From an uncultured SAR86 cluster bacterium (GTDB taxonomy: Bacteria; Pseudomonadota; Gammaproteobacteria; Magnimaribacterales; AG-339-G14), in assembly GCA_902596665.1 (NCBI GenBank), contig CACJUN010000001.1:541083-605082 (forward strand): DNA of 64,000 nt, written 5' to 3'. Positions 9,271-20,707 of the stretch are shown here, piece after piece. The notes under the pieces are model-generated. The model was not told the DNA's origin, did not search any database, and saw only the letters and a list, made by a program, of their open reading frames with translations. Positions within the stretch are counted from its first letter, which is position 1, and every line of letters begins with the position of its first letter. The position numbers and the translations under genes are program-made.

Positions 9271-9839
9271 TATTTCCTTGTTAAATCTATTTCAATATCA
9301 AGAAGCTTTAAAAACTCAACAGTCATATAAGCAGTGAGTCCCCATACCATTTTATTTTCAAATTCAAAAAAAGGAAAAAAAACTTTTTTATTATCCCAGT
9401 TTTCAGATTTTTGTTCTTTCTGCATATTATTTCTAATAAAATTTAAGGGCACACTGAAAACTTCCGCAATTTCCTTCCCATCAGCTATTAATGTGTTACT
9501 TTTGAGTATCCCAATATAAGGAGTTACGCTTAATCCAAACCTTGATTGCACAGAACTAATTTCTCCTAAAACTTCCACGTCTTTTAATTCTAGATTTACC
9601 TCTTCTTGCGCCTCTCTCAAAGCTGTTTCTCTCAACGTTTCATCTTTTTCTTCTCTTTTCCCTCCGGGAAAAGCAACCTCACCAGCATGAGTAGGAAGAT
9701 TATTAGATCTCAAACAGTAAATTACATTAAGATCTTCGCTTGTCTCATGAAGGAGAATTAATACTGCTGCTTGTGGTAATCCTGCTATGGGGCCTGAGGG
9801 CTTATATGAGCTTAAGTTTTCCTTAATTTTAGGTATCAT
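9270..9839 (-). CDS. Nudix CoA pyrophosphatase (NudL-like)
   Basis: LRSNNLPTHAGEVAFPGGK; ETALREAQEEVNL; VWGLTA. Start placed at MIPK (9839); the track gives 9872. Confidence 0.88.
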   Translation of the reverse strand: MIPKIKENLSSYKPSGPIAGLPQAAVLILLHETSEDLNVIYCLRSNNLPTHAGEVAFPGGKREEKDETLRETALREAQEEVNLELKDVEVLGEISSVQSRFGLSVTPYIGILKSNTLIADGKEIAEVFSVPLNFIRNNMQKEQKSENWDNKKVFFPFFEFENKMVWGLTAYMTVEFLKLLDIEIDLTRK

Positions 9840-9889
9840 ACATATTGAGTATCTCATAAAAAATACCTTCAAAACTAAATAAACTTAAA

Positions 9890-10423
9890 TTGAAATATTG
9901 TAGTGTCTGCGGTGGAACCGTCGTTTTAAAAATCCCAGAAGATGATAACAGGGAGAGATTTTGTTGCGATTCCTGTGGAGCTATCCATTATGAAAATCCA
10001 AAAGTGGTTGTTGGCACTCTTCCTTTTTTCGAAAATAAAGTACTCTTATGCAAAAGAGCAATTCAACCCAGATTGGGCCTGTGGACTCTACCAGCAGGTT
10101 TTTACGAAAATGGGGAAACTCTAATTCAGGGTGCTTTAAGAGAGACAAAGGAAGAAACTAATGCTGACGTTGAAGCTGGAGAACTGTATGGTATTTTTAA
10201 TATTCCTCAGATCAATCAAGTTTATATGATATACCTCGCTAAGGTAGGTCCTAATGATTTCAGTGTAACGTCAGAAAGCTCTGAGATTGGATTATTTGAT
10301 GAACAAGAAATTCCATGGGACATTCTTGCATTTCCTTGGGTAAATTCATCTTTAAAAAATTTTTTTGCTGACCTAAAGAGCGGTAATTTTATCTTGAGAA
10401 CAGAAGATATTATTAGACGTTAA
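9890..10423 (+). CDS. Nudix hydrolase with N-terminal zinc ribbon
   Basis: CSVCG...CDSCG zinc ribbon; YENPKVVVG; WTLPAGFYENGET..GALRETKEE Nudix box. Confidence 0.9.
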   Translation: MKYCSVCGGTVVLKIPEDDNRERFCCDSCGAIHYENPKVVVGTLPFFENKVLLCKRAIQPRLGLWTLPAGFYENGETLIQGALRETKEETNADVEAGELYGIFNIPQINQVYMIYLAKVGPNDFSVTSESSEIGLFDEQEIPWDILAFPWVNSSLKNFFADLKSGNFILRTEDIIRR

Positions 10424-13400
10424 TTAATAACCTTTCTAGCATTTAAAAAAATCATTTTCCAAGGACTGAATTCATCTTCAACATCTGTCCAAGAGATCTG
10501 TCTATTTAGAAATGCTCTTTCAGGATGAGGCATCATTGCAGTGATCCTTCCATCTTTTGAAGTACAGCCAGCTATTGCATCCTTTGAACCATTTGGATTT
10601 AGCGGATAATTTTGAGTAGGACTACTTTCATCATCGCAATATTTTATAACTGCAAGTTTCTCTTCAGAAAATTTATCGAATGATTTATTGGATTCAAACT
10701 GTGCTCTCCCCTCTCCATGAGCAACGGGGACAATCAGTCTTGAGCCAGCCATACCATCAAAAAAAACAGATGATGATTTTTGAACATTTACTTGAGTTAA
10801 TCTTGCTTCAAATTGATCAGAAAAATTTCTTATAAAATTTGGCCAGTTTTCAGCTCCAGGAATTATTTTTTTTAAACTTGATAGTATTTGGCATCCATTA
10901 CAGACTCCCAAAACTATCTTATTTTTATCAGAAAAGAATTCAGAAAATTCATCGTATAAAAAAGAATTAAATAGAATTGAGTTAGCCCAACCCTTTCCTG
11001 CTCCGAGGACATCTCCGTAGGAAAATCCTCCTGGAAAAACTATCCCTGAAAAATCTTTCAAGGTTTTTTCTTTCGTTGTTAAATCTGACATATGAACGTC
11101 GTAGGGATCAAAATAAGCTTGATGAAATGCTGCAGCCATCTCAGTTTGCCCATTTATTCCTTGCTCTCTTAAAATTGCAATTTTCGGTCTTGATGAATAT
11201 GAATCTGAGGATTGTCGAAATTTAATATCTTGACTTAGTTTCCTCTTTCTTGGGTTTAGAACTGATCGAAGCTCTTCTTCCGCAACTTTAGGATTATCTC
11301 TTTCTTTTTGTATTTTGTGAGATACCTTCCACCAATTTTTCATCATCTCTTTATAAGAGAATTTTATTTTCTCCTTTTTAGTTGAAATGATTAATTGATT
11401 TTCCTTAGTAGGATTTCCTAATTCAATAACATTTGCACCATAAGAGGAATCCTTCAGAGTTTGTTTTATTTCTTTAGCAGTATTTTTTTCAACTTGTATT
11501 ACAAGGCCTAGTTCTTCATTAAATAAAAAACTAGCTACCTTCTTTTCATCCAAGAATCCAATATCTATTGCTGCTCCCATTTCGCTACACAAAACCATTT
11601 CTGAAAGACAGGCTGCTAAACCGCCATCGGATCTGTCGTGTAAGGCTAAAATTTGATCTTTCTGAACTAGAGAAGTTATGTAATTGAAAAATAGAGGTAA
11701 AGTTGTAATCTGCTCAACATCTGGAGTTCTTCCTAGATCCTTTTGCAATACTTCTTCAAGAATTGATCCTCCTAATCGAGACTTCTTATTACTTAAATCC
11801 AAAAGAAGTAACTCAGTATCATTTATATTTTTAATTTCAGGAGTAATAGCTTTTGTAACATCTTTTATTTTGCAGAAGGAAGAAGCTACTAAGCTAAGGG
11901 GCGATTCCACGATATCTTTTTCATTATTCCATCTTGTCTCCATAGACATTGAATCCTTTCCCACAGGAACTGTGATTTTCCAAATTTGGCAAATATCCTC
12001 AGATAAAGATTTAACTGAATAAAATAAATCACTATTAGATTCATTTTTGTTTGGGTTAGCCATCCAGTTTGCTGAGATTTTCACATCAGATAATTTGTTA
12101 ACTCCGCTTGATAAGATATTTAAAATTGATTCTGATAAAGCCATTCTTACTGAAGCTTCTGCATTTTTTACAGCGATTGGAGATTTCTCTCCCATTGCCA
12201 TAGCCTCTCCGCCCAAGCCTTCAAAAGAAGAGAGTGTTACAGCGTTATCTGCGACTGGCATTTGATATTTTCCAACAAATTGATCTCTGTAAGTAAGTCC
12301 ACCTACGTTCCTGTCAGCAATGGAAATTAAAAAATTTTTAGAACCTACTGTTGGATGACTCAGAATACTTAACCACGTTTTTTTGATATGAATGTCTGGG
12401 AGATTATCTTGTATCTGATTGCCAGGGACTGTAGAAAATTCCCTTTTTAAATTTTCATTTGCTCCAAATAAGAGTTTCATCGGCAAATCAATTGGTTGAA
12501 TATCTTCATCAGGTGAGTTAAGAGTTAATTTTTTTTCCTCAGTCAGTTCACCAACTACTGCAAAAGGACATTTTTCTCTGAAACATATATCTTTAAAGGC
12601 ATGAAGGTCACTTTCCTCAATGAGAATTACATATCTTTCTTGCGATTCATTACACCAAATCTCTAATGGAGATAGAGATTTATCAGCTACTGGAATCTGA
12701 GATAAGTCAATTTTCGCTCCATAACCGGCATCGTTTGCAATTTCTGGTATTGCATTTGATAGACCACCTGCTCCAACATCGTGAATGAAAGATATAGGAT
12801 TTTTCTCAGCCATTGCCCAGCAGGTGTCGATAACTTCTTGGCATCGTCTTTGTATTTCAGGATTGCCTCTCTGTACAGATGCAAAATCAAGCTCATCATC
12901 AGATTGTCCAGATGCAAGAGAAGATGCGGACCCACCTCCTAAGCCAATTAAATAACTTGGGCCTCCAAGGACGATAACTTTTGAGTTAACCGAAACATTC
13001 TTTTTAAATGAATGCATAGGCCTTATGTTGCCTAGACCGCCAGCAATCATAATAGGCTTATGAAATCCATAGTGAGTATTCTTAGTTTTTCTTTCGAATG
13101 ACCTAAAGTATCCAACAATATTGGGTCTTCCAAACTCATTGTTATAAGAAGCAGCACCAATTGGGGCTTCTATCATTATCTGTTTTGGAGAAGCGATCCT
13201 TTTTGGAGACTTGCCTTCAAATTCCCAAGGCTCAACTTCATCAAGCCTGAGGTAAGAGACAGAATACCCAGTTAAACCCGCCTTAGGTTTAGCACCTCTG
13301 CCTGTTGCCCCTTCATCTCTAATTTCTCCACCTGATCCAGTTGCTGCACCTGGAAAAGGAGATATTCCTGTAGGATGATTATGTGTTTCTACTTTTATGC

Positions 13401-14247
13401 AAAAATTTACTTGCTCATCAATAAATGAGTATTTTTTAGATTTCTGGTCTGCAAAAAACCTTTTTTTACCTATTCCCTCTATAACTGCAGCATTATCTTT
13501 ATATGCAGAAATTACTCCATCTGAATAATTAGTAAAAGTATCCTTAATAAAGCTAAACAAGGAAGCATATTCAGATTCACCATCAATTGCCCACTTTGAA
13601 TTAAAAATTTTATGTCTGCAGTGTTCCGAGTTAATTTGCGAAAACATCATTAACTCACAATCAGTTGGTCTTCTTCCAAGATCCTCATAGTTTTGTTTTA
13701 AATATTCAATCTCAAAATCGTTTAGTGCTAGACCAAGTTTGGCGTTAATTTCATTTATGTTTTGATTGAGATCTATTTCTTTAAGAAGCTTTTTTTTATT
13801 TTTATAAAATAAATTATTTAAATTTTCTTTATTGATTTGTTCTTCTGTTAATGGGTCAAATAGTTCTGAATCATTAAGTTCGTTAACGCCTTCAGTTTTA
13901 TAAAGTCTTAATTTTTCAATATTGAATAAATCTTCAACTCCGCAACTAATAAAAATATCTTTTGATTTGGATGCCCATGGAGATTCTGTACCTCTTCTAG
14001 GGCATATAATTATTGAATTCTGATCGATGTCCTTAACTTCCCTTGCATCCAATAATTTTAAAATTTTTGTCTTGTTGGATTGATAGGATTTTTGTGTGAT
14101 TTCTAGGACAAAAAGATCAGTAATAGATTTTATCTTGAGAGAATGATTAGTTTTCTGAAACTTTATTATTTTCTTTGTTTTAAAAGAAGAAAAAGTGCTT
14201 TTTCCTAATAATAATACTTGATGCTTAGAATTTTCTTTTGAAGGCAT
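10420..14247 (-). CDS. purL: Phosphoribosylformylglycinamidine synthase (large PurL)
   Basis: NSEHCRHKIFN; KVETHNHPT; GSGGEIRDEG; IHDVGAGGLSNA; WCNESQERY; GVCNGCQ glutaminase; MPHPER. Start is either ATG 14247 or TTG 14259. Confidence 0.97.
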   Translation of the reverse strand: MPSKENSKHQVLLLGKSTFSSFKTKKIIKFQKTNHSLKIKSITDLFVLEITQKSYQSNKTKILKLLDAREVKDIDQNSIIICPRRGTESPWASKSKDIFISCGVEDLFNIEKLRLYKTEGVNELNDSELFDPLTEEQINKENLNNLFYKNKKKLLKEIDLNQNINEINAKLGLALNDFEIEYLKQNYEDLGRRPTDCELMMFSQINSEHCRHKIFNSKWAIDGESEYASLFSFIKDTFTNYSDGVISAYKDNAAVIEGIGKKRFFADQKSKKYSFIDEQVNFCIKVETHNHPTGISPFPGAATGSGGEIRDEGATGRGAKPKAGLTGYSVSYLRLDEVEPWEFEGKSPKRIASPKQIMIEAPIGAASYNNEFGRPNIVGYFRSFERKTKNTHYGFHKPIMIAGGLGNIRPMHSFKKNVSVNSKVIVLGGPSYLIGLGGGSASSLASGQSDDELDFASVQRGNPEIQRRCQEVIDTCWAMAEKNPISFIHDVGAGGLSNAIPEIANDAGYGAKIDLSQIPVADKSLSPLEIWCNESQERYVILIEESDLHAFKDICFREKCPFAVVGELTEEKKLTLNSPDEDIQPIDLPMKLLFGANENLKREFSTVPGNQIQDNLPDIHIKKTWLSILSHPTVGSKNFLISIADRNVGGLTYRDQFVGKYQMPVADNAVTLSSFEGLGGEAMAMGEKSPIAVKNAEASVRMALSESILNILSSGVNKLSDVKISANWMANPNKNESNSDLFYSVKSLSEDICQIWKITVPVGKDSMSMETRWNNEKDIVESPLSLVASSFCKIKDVTKAITPEIKNINDTELLLLDLSNKKSRLGGSILEEVLQKDLGRTPDVEQITTLPLFFNYITSLVQKDQILALHDRSDGGLAACLSEMVLCSEMGAAIDIGFLDEKKVASFLFNEELGLVIQVEKNTAKEIKQTLKDSSYGANVIELGNPTKENQLIISTKKEKIKFSYKEMMKNWWKVSHKIQKERDNPKVAEEELRSVLNPRKRKLSQDIKFRQSSDSYSSRPKIAILREQGINGQTEMAAAFHQAYFDPYDVHMSDLTTKEKTLKDFSGIVFPGGFSYGDVLGAGKGWANSILFNSFLYDEFSEFFSDKNKIVLGVCNGCQILSSLKKIIPGAENWPNFIRNFSDQFEARLTQVNVQKSSSVFFDGMAGSRLIVPVAHGEGRAQFESNKSFDKFSEEKLAVIKYCDDESSPTQNYPLNPNGSKDAIAGCTSKDGRITAMMPHPERAFLNRQISWTDVEDEFSPWKMIFLNARKVIN

Positions 14248-14290
14248 TAAAGTTTGCAAAGCTCATTATAACTTTTTTTAAAAGCAATAA

Positions 14291-16288
14291 TTAAGCGGCA
14301 ATTAATTTTTCTTTCAATACGGATATCTGGTCTCTAATATTTGCAGCTTCTTCAAACTCCAGCTTGTTTGCGTGTTCTAACATTAAAGATTCTAGTTCAT
14401 CAATTCTTCTAGCCAGCTCCTTGGGAGAGGAATAGTCTTCCTCAATTAATTCTTGCGCTTCTTCAATAAATTTTTTACCCGGAATATTTCTTGCTCCCTC
14501 CATAATATCACTGACACTTTTAAGGATACTTTCCGGCTTGATATTATTTTCTTTATTATATTTTTCTTGGAGGTTTCGTCTGTGTTCTGTTTCTTTTATT
14601 GTTCTCTCTATTGAGCCGGTCATTTGATCTGCATATAAAATTGCATGCCCACTTTTATGTCTAGCTGCTCTTCCTATAGTCTGAATTAACGAAGTTTCAG
14701 ATCTTAAAAAGCCTTCTTTATCAGCATCCAAAACAGCTACTAAAGATACCTCTGGAAGATCAAGACCCTCTCTCAACAAATTTATACCAACCAGAACATC
14801 AAACTTTCCAAGTCTGAGATCTCGCAATATCTCAACCCTTTCGACGGTATCAATATCAGAATGCAAATATCGAACATCTATGTCTTGTTCATACAAGTAA
14901 CTGCTTAAATCCTCTGCCATTCTCTTAGTTAAAACAGTCACTAAAACTCTTTCCTTCTTCTTAATTCTCTGATGAATTTGGTCAAGAAGATCATCTACTT
15001 GATTTTCCGCAGGTTTGATTTCTATCGTAGGATCAAGTAATCCTGTTGGCCTTACAATCAGATCAACTGTTTGTCCTGAATTATCATTTTCATAATTTCC
15101 AGGAGTAGCTGAAACAAATATTCTTTGACCGGATAAACTCTCCCACTCATCGAATCTTAACGGACGGTTATCTAAAGCACTTGGAAGTCTGAAACCATAC
15201 TCAACTAATGTTTCTTTTCTTGATCTATCTCCTCTATACATTCCGGTTAGTTGAGGCAAAGTAACGTGAGATTCATCAATAAATACTAGCGCATCCTCTG
15301 GCAAATATTCGTAAAGCGTAGGAGGAGCCTCACCTTCCTCTCTTCCAGAAAGGTATCTGGAGTAATTTTCAATTCCGCTGCAAAAACCTAATTCCCTCAT
15401 CATCTCCAAGTCATATTTTGTTCTTTGCTCAATTCTTTGGGCTTCTACAAGTTTATTATTAGCTTCAAGATAGCTGACCCTTTCTTTCATTTCACTTTTT
15501 ATCTTATTAATAGCATTCGCAATAACTTCTTTTGATGTTACGTAATGAGTCTTTGGGAAAATTGTTACTCTAGGCACTTCCCTAAAGATTTCTCCCGTAA
15601 GAGGATCAAAAAACTTTATGGCTTCGATTTCACTATCAAAAAGTTCAATTCTCACGGCTTCCTTATCTGAGTCTGCTGGAAAAATATCAATCACGTCGCC
15701 TCTGACTCTAAAAGTAGCTCTTTTGAAATCTACTTCATTTCTGGAATATTGAAGCTCAGCAAGTCTTCTAAGAATAATTCTTTGGTCTATTTCGTCCCCT
15801 ACATCTAAATGAAGGACCATTTGCAAATATGATTTTGGGTCACCCAATCCATAGATAGCTGAGACTGTGGCGACAATTACAACATCCCGTCTCTCCATAA
15901 CAGCTTTTGTTGCTGAAAGTCGCATTTGTTCAATGTGTTCATTTATAGAAGCATCTTTTTCTATAAAGGTGTCTGACACTGGGACGTAAGCTTCAGGCTG
16001 ATAATAATCGTAGTAAGAGACAAAATATTCAACTGCATTGTTTGGAAAAAATTCTTTAAACTCGCCATAAAGCTGTGCAGCTAAAGTTTTATTATGAGCC
16101 ATGACGATGGCGGGTCTTTGAAGATTTTGAATAACGTTCGCCATAGCGAATGTTTTTCCTGAGCCAGTTACTCCCTTTAGTGTTTGATTTAATAGACCCG
16201 AATTAATTCCTTCAACCACTTTTTGAATAGCAACTGGTTGATCTCCAGAAGGCTTAAATGCTGAAACTATTTCAAATGGTTTACTCAT
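14291..16288 (-). CDS. uvrB: Excinuclease ABC subunit B
   Basis: GVTGSGKT; [10 protein letters not shown]; [10 protein letters not shown]; DESH; [10 protein letters not shown]; C-terminal FEEAA UVR domain. Confidence 0.98.
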   Translation of the reverse strand: MSKPFEIVSAFKPSGDQPVAIQKVVEGINSGLLNQTLKGVTGSGKTFAMANVIQNLQRPAIVMAHNKTLAAQLYGEFKEFFPNNAVEYFVSYYDYYQPEAYVPVSDTFIEKDASINEHIEQMRLSATKAVMERRDVVIVATVSAIYGLGDPKSYLQMVLHLDVGDEIDQRIILRRLAELQYSRNEVDFKRATFRVRGDVIDIFPADSDKEAVRIELFDSEIEAIKFFDPLTGEIFREVPRVTIFPKTHYVTSKEVIANAINKIKSEMKERVSYLEANNKLVEAQRIEQRTKYDLEMMRELGFCSGIENYSRYLSGREEGEAPPTLYEYLPEDALVFIDESHVTLPQLTGMYRGDRSRKETLVEYGFRLPSALDNRPLRFDEWESLSGQRIFVSATPGNYENDNSGQTVDLIVRPTGLLDPTIEIKPAENQVDDLLDQIHQRIKKKERVLVTVLTKRMAEDLSSYLYEQDIDVRYLHSDIDTVERVEILRDLRLGKFDVLVGINLLREGLDLPEVSLVAVLDADKEGFLRSETSLIQTIGRAARHKSGHAILYADQMTGSIERTIKETEHRRNLQEKYNKENNIKPESILKSVSDIMEGARNIPGKKFIEEAQELIEEDYSSPKELARRIDELESLMLEHANKLEFEEAANIRDQISVLKEKLIAA

Positions 16289-16304
16289 ATTAGATGTTTT
16301 TGCT

Positions 16305-16310
16305 TATAAT
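16305..16310 (+). promoter_or_regulatory. Putative -10 box for tRNA-Asn
   Basis: Perfect TATAAT ending 10 nt upstream of the mature tRNA 5' end; no convincing -35. Confidence 0.45.
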
Positions 16311-16319
16311 ACCCTCTTT

Positions 16320-16395
<76 letters not shown>

Positions 16396-16402
16396 GAATT
16401 TT

Positions 16403-17125
16403 ATGCCATTATACGATCCCAGATCTGACAAACCTTATAAATTAAGTCGTAGCAGAATTGAGAATTTTTCAAAGTGTAAAAGATGTTTTTACTTAGAAGA
16501 AAAATTAGGAGTAAAAAAGCCAGATTCTTTTCCATTCAATTTAAATAATGCAGTTGATCAACTCTTGAAAGATGAATTTGATTCTTACCGAGGTACAGAA
16601 AACAATCATCCATATCTCATTGAATCTTCTATAGATGCTAAACCTTACGATCATCCTGATATTGAAATTTGGAGAACAAGAAATCAAGGGATTGGCATCG
16701 AATTAAAAGAGCTGAATCTATATATTTATGGGCTCGTTGATGACGTTTGGATTAATACTAAAAATGATAAATTGATAATTGCTGACTATAAAGCAACTTC
16801 AAAAAAAGGGGATGTAACTATAGATGCTCCCTGGCAAATTTCATATAAAAGACAAATTGAAATTTATCAGTGGCTATTCAGGCAAAATGGCTTCGATGTA
16901 GACGATATGTCTTATTTTGTTTACTGCAATGGTATAAAAGATTCAAAGGTTTTTGATAATTGCTTAAATTTTGAAGTTAAAATTTTGCCATACAAAGCTA
17001 ATGATTCATGGGTAACTCCTGCTTTGAAGGAAATAAAAAATTGTTTGAATAGCGACGAACTTCCAGAAGAGTCAGATAGATGTGACTATTGCGCTTATAA
17101 CAGAAAAATTAAATTATTTGGTTAA
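16403..17125 (+). CDS. PD-(D/E)XK nuclease family protein, Cas4/RecB-like
   Basis: LSRSRIENFSKCKRC at the N-terminus; GLVDDVW..IADYK catalytic motif; QIEIY; C-terminal CDYC (probable Fe-S Cys ligands). Confidence 0.82.
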   Translation: MPLYDPRSDKPYKLSRSRIENFSKCKRCFYLEEKLGVKKPDSFPFNLNNAVDQLLKDEFDSYRGTENNHPYLIESSIDAKPYDHPDIEIWRTRNQGIGIELKELNLYIYGLVDDVWINTKNDKLIIADYKATSKKGDVTIDAPWQISYKRQIEIYQWLFRQNGFDVDDMSYFVYCNGIKDSKVFDNCLNFEVKILPYKANDSWVTPALKEIKNCLNSDELPEESDRCDYCAYNRKIKLFG

Positions 17126-18066
17126 TGTCAATATTAATATCATTTATCTTTCTTTCTATTGGACTAGTAGGTCTCATTTGGGGTGCTGACAAATTCATAT
17201 CAAATTCTTCGATATTGGCCAGAAAAATTGGCATTAGTGATTTAATTATTGGTTTAACTTTAATTGCTCTTGGAACGTCAGCACCCGAAATATTTGTAAG
17301 CATTTCATCTGTGCTTAACGATACTCCTGAGATTGCATTAGGAAATTCAATTGGATCAAATATCAGCAATATAGGTCTTATATTTGGATTGAGTTGTTTT
17401 GCTTTAGCCTCCAAAGCTATACCTCTTGATTTAAGAAATATTTTTCTATTCATTTTATGCACCCTCATTGCAGGTTATTGTCTTTTCGACTTAAGGCTGA
17501 GCATAGGGGATGGAATTTTATGTATTTGTCTAATAATTTTATTTGTATTGAATTTATTAAGATCTGAAGAGGCTGATATTGAGGTCAGTAATCAAGATTC
17601 AGGGTTAATGAAAGTAATTTTCTTTACCCTTTTGAGCCTTTTGGTACTAATAATTGGTTCGGAACTCACTGTGACTGGAGCTGAATCGATAGCAATTTAT
17701 TTTGGATTATCTGAGGTAATCATTGGACTAAGCATCATAGCTGTGGGCACAAGTCTCCCCGAACTTGCGGCAACCGTTGCCGCAATAAGACAAGATAAAT
17801 CTTTGATAGTCATAGGAAATGTTCTTGGATCTAATTTTTTAAATATTGTGGTGGTGTTTCCAATCATTGCATTTGGCAGCAATGAAGTATTTGATGGTGT
17901 AATTTTCACAAGGGATTTCTTGATTATGAGCGTTTTCAGCGCGTTGTTTATTCTTGCTCTTGTGGTTGGTAGACAAAAAGATGGTCTTTCCAGAATTCTT
18001 TTTTACGGCTTTGGATTAATTTTTATTTTAGGGTATTTAATCTATTTGCTTAATTTATTCATCTAA
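17125..18066 (+). CDS. Calcium/sodium antiporter (CaCA, YrbG-like)
   Basis: Two alpha repeats, ALGTSAPE..GNSIGSNISN and AVGTSLPE..GNVLGSNFLN; about 10 TM helices. Confidence 0.93.
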   Translation: MSILISFIFLSIGLVGLIWGADKFISNSSILARKIGISDLIIGLTLIALGTSAPEIFVSISSVLNDTPEIALGNSIGSNISNIGLIFGLSCFALASKAIPLDLRNIFLFILCTLIAGYCLFDLRLSIGDGILCICLIILFVLNLLRSEEADIEVSNQDSGLMKVIFFTLLSLLVLIIGSELTVTGAESIAIYFGLSEVIIGLSIIAVGTSLPELAATVAAIRQDKSLIVIGNVLGSNFLNIVVVFPIIAFGSNEVFDGVIFTRDFLIMSVFSALFILALVVGRQKDGLSRILFYGFGLIFILGYLIYLLNLFI

Positions 18067-19440
18067 AGTCACCCTTTTCCAGATAGTTTTTTCTCCAATA
18101 TCTTCAAGATTAATTCCCTTAGCTTTTAAATCATCTCTAATCTTGTCTGACTTAATAAAGTCTTTTTGATTTCTTGCAAGATTTCTTTCAGTTATTAAAT
18201 CTTCTATTTCTTCCTCCGTTATAAGTACTTCAGATGAAATAAATTTAAAATACTCGTCTGGCTTTGATTGAAATAATCCCATTACACTCCCCGATGAAAT
18301 AAGAAGATCAGCTATAGATTTAGATTCATTTTTATTATTAAGAAATGACTTATTTAATTTATCTAATATCTTATGCAGAAAAGAGATCAATTTAGGAGAG
18401 TTGAAATCATCTTTCAAACTTTCAATGACTCCCTCATCGAGAGGAATATTTTTATTATCAGATAAATCTACTTTTCTTAAAGCATCATAAAATTTATCGA
18501 GTGTTTTTTTACTTTCATCAAGTCCATGAAAAGAAAAATTCAAAGGATTCCTATAGTGAGTAGAAAAAAGAAAAAATCTAATCACCTCCGGGTGATATTT
18601 TTTCAAGATGTCTTTGATTGTAACGAAATTTCCTAGAGACTTTGACATCTTCTCTTCCTCTATAGTTAAAGGTCCAGTGTGCAACCAAAAGTTAGCAAAC
18701 AATCCATCATGGTTGCATTTAGATTGAGCATTTTCGTTTTCATGATGAGGAAATTTAAGGTCTAAACCTCCTCCATGAATATCAAAATTTTTTCCCAAAT
18801 AATCTCTACTCATAGCCGAACACTCAATATGCCAGCCAGGTCTTCCTTTCCCCCAAGGTGAGTTCCAAGAAGCTTCATCAGAGGAGATTTTCCAAAGCGC
18901 AAAGTCAGCTGGATTTTTTTTAGTATCATCTATATCAATTCTTGATCCAGAAACCATATCTTCAAGATTTCTATTCGATAACTCTCCATAATTTTCAAAA
19001 GACTCTACGTCAAAAAAAACATCTCCGTGTTTGGTTGTATAAGCAAAATTCTTAGAGATTAAATCATCTATGAAGGAAATTATGGAATCCATGTGTTCAG
19101 TAACTTTTGGCTCAACGTCTGGTGACAGCATAGACATAGAGGAAAAATCATCATGCATTTCCTGAATATACTTTTCTGAAATAGCAGAAGGAGAGGTATT
19201 TTCAGATTTTGCTTTAGCAATTATTTTGTCATCTACATCAGTAATATTTCTTACATAATGGACATCATAGTTAAGAGCCCTAAAGGACTTAACTATAAAA
19301 TCAAAGGATAAAAAAGTTCTAAGATGTCCAATGTGGCAAGAGTCATAAACTGTCATTCCACAAACGTAAAGTGATACTTTTCCTTCTTTTAATGGATTAA
19401 AACTTATCTTTTTAGAACTTTTTGAATCAAATATCTTCAT
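18055..19440 (-). CDS. cysS: Cysteine--tRNA ligase
   Basis: YVCGMTVYDSCHIGH; RNITDVDDKI; GRPGWHIECSAM; FPHHENE; KMSKS. Start placed at MKIFDS (19440). Confidence 0.98.
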   Translation of the reverse strand: MKIFDSKSSKKISFNPLKEGKVSLYVCGMTVYDSCHIGHLRTFLSFDFIVKSFRALNYDVHYVRNITDVDDKIIAKAKSENTSPSAISEKYIQEMHDDFSSMSMLSPDVEPKVTEHMDSIISFIDDLISKNFAYTTKHGDVFFDVESFENYGELSNRNLEDMVSGSRIDIDDTKKNPADFALWKISSDEASWNSPWGKGRPGWHIECSAMSRDYLGKNFDIHGGGLDLKFPHHENENAQSKCNHDGLFANFWLHTGPLTIEEEKMSKSLGNFVTIKDILKKYHPEVIRFFLFSTHYRNPLNFSFHGLDESKKTLDKFYDALRKVDLSDNKNIPLDEGVIESLKDDFNSPKLISFLHKILDKLNKSFLNNKNESKSIADLLISSGSVMGLFQSKPDEYFKFISSEVLITEEEIEDLITERNLARNQKDFIKSDKIRDDLKAKGINLEDIGEKTIWKRVTLDE

Positions 19441-19488
19441 TTCAGAGAAGATCAATTATAGATTAGAATGATATCTAAAGAGGAAATT

Positions 19489-19995
19489 ATGAATAATATT
19501 ATTGTAGTTCTAGTCACGACAATGGGCACTTTGGAAATTGAACTTTACGAAGATGATGCGCCGATAACAGTTAAAAACTTTGTGTCTTACGTTGAAAGCG
19601 GTTTTTTTGAGGAAACAATCTTTCATAGAATAATTCCAGGTTTTGTTGTCCAAGGAGGCGGTCATATTTCTGGAATGGAACAAAAAGAAACTCAGGAACC
19701 AATACAAAATGAAGCCAATAATGGTTTAAAAAATGATAGGTATACATTATCAATGGCCCGAACCAATGATCCTCACTCAGCAACTTCACAGTTTTTCATT
19801 AATCTTCAAGATAATATTAGTCTAGATTTTTCCTCTGAAACTCCAATGGGATGGGGATACGCTGTCTTTGGAAAAGTCGTAAAGGGTCAAGAAGTTGTCG
19901 ATGAAATGGCAAAAGTGCAAACAGGAAGCTTTGGACCCTATCAGGACGTACCAAGAGAAGATATAAAAATTCTGAGTGCATCTCTAAAACAATAA
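19489..19995 (+). CDS. ppiB: Peptidyl-prolyl cis-trans isomerase (cyclophilin)
   Basis: FHRIIPGFVVQGGG; LSMART; SATSQFFIN; GYAVFGKV. SD AGAGGA precedes ATG 19489; conserved cysS/ppiB-lpxH order. Confidence 0.93.
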   Translation: MNNIIVVLVTTMGTLEIELYEDDAPITVKNFVSYVESGFFEETIFHRIIPGFVVQGGGHISGMEQKETQEPIQNEANNGLKNDRYTLSMARTNDPHSATSQFFINLQDNISLDFSSETPMGWGYAVFGKVVKGQEVVDEMAKVQTGSFGPYQDVPREDIKILSASLKQ

Positions 19996-20002
19996 CTCAT
20001 TC

Positions 20003-20707
20003 ATGAGTGCGGTTCTAATATCTGATTTACATTTACATGAATCGGACCTTGCTTTGTATGACAAATTTGAGAGGTTTTTATCCTCAAAAGTTAGTGGATT
20101 TGATAATTTATTTATCTTGGGTGATTTGTTCGAAACTTGGATTGGTGATGATAATGAATCCGAGTTTAATAAAAATGTCATTGAAATTTTAAAAAAAGTA
20201 TCGTCTGATGGAATAAAAGTTTTTCTAATGCACGGTAATAGAGACTTTTTAATTGGAGAAAATTTTTGCTCATCTATAAAAGCGAAACTTCTTTCTGATT
20301 ATCATATTTATGAAGATGGAGCTTCTAAGATACTCCTTCTTCATGGAGATACCCTTTGCACTGATGACGTTAGATATCAGGAATTTAGAAAACTTGTTAG
20401 GGATAAGAGTTGGCGAGATGACTTTTTATCTAAATCTTTACAAGAAAGATTTGATATTGCATCTGGTTTAAGAGAAATGAGCAACGAAGAAACTGGTAAT
20501 AAAAAAAATGAAATTATGGATGTTAATCGTGAATCTGTCTTAAAAATTAGTAGTGAATTTAGCATAAACAAAATGATTCATGGACATACTCATAGACCCT
20601 TCATTCATAAAGATGAAAACCTTGTAAGAGTGGTCTTAAGTGATTGGGAAAATGAGGTTAACTATGCAACGGTAATTGATGGAGAGATTTCTTTAGAAAC
20701 TTTTTAA
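20003..20707 (+). CDS. lpxH: UDP-2,3-diacylglucosamine diphosphatase
   Basis: ISDLHL; LGDLFETWIGDD; MHGNRDFL; HGDTLCTDD; IHGHTHRP. Confidence 0.95.
   Translation: MSAVLISDLHLHESDLALYDKFERFLSSKVSGFDNLFILGDLFETWIGDDNESEFNKNVIEILKKVSSDGIKVFLMHGNRDFLIGENFCSSIKAKLLSDYHIYEDGASKILLLHGDTLCTDDVRYQEFRKLVRDKSWRDDFLSKSLQERFDIASGLREMSNEETGNKKNEIMDVNRESVLKISSEFSINKMIHGHTHRPFIHKDENLVRVVLSDWENEVNYATVIDGEISLETF

Noticed and set aside
10420-14259. Degenerate or truncated PurL N-terminus
   Set aside because: The region is divergent and Lys-rich but open, the total length is normal for large PurL, and all catalytic motifs are present.
16403-17125. CRISPR-Cas system
   Set aside because: Only a solo Cas4-like gene is present; no repeat-spacer array and no cas1/cas2 or effector genes were seen in the window.
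17109-17468. 119-aa antisense ORF and the many other 60-120 aa overlapping ORFs in the track (e.g. 4424-4864, 11684-12022, 50949-51314, 51600-51923)
   Set aside because: They lie wholly within or antisense to well-supported genes, lack SD and recognisable motifs, and are expected shadow frames.
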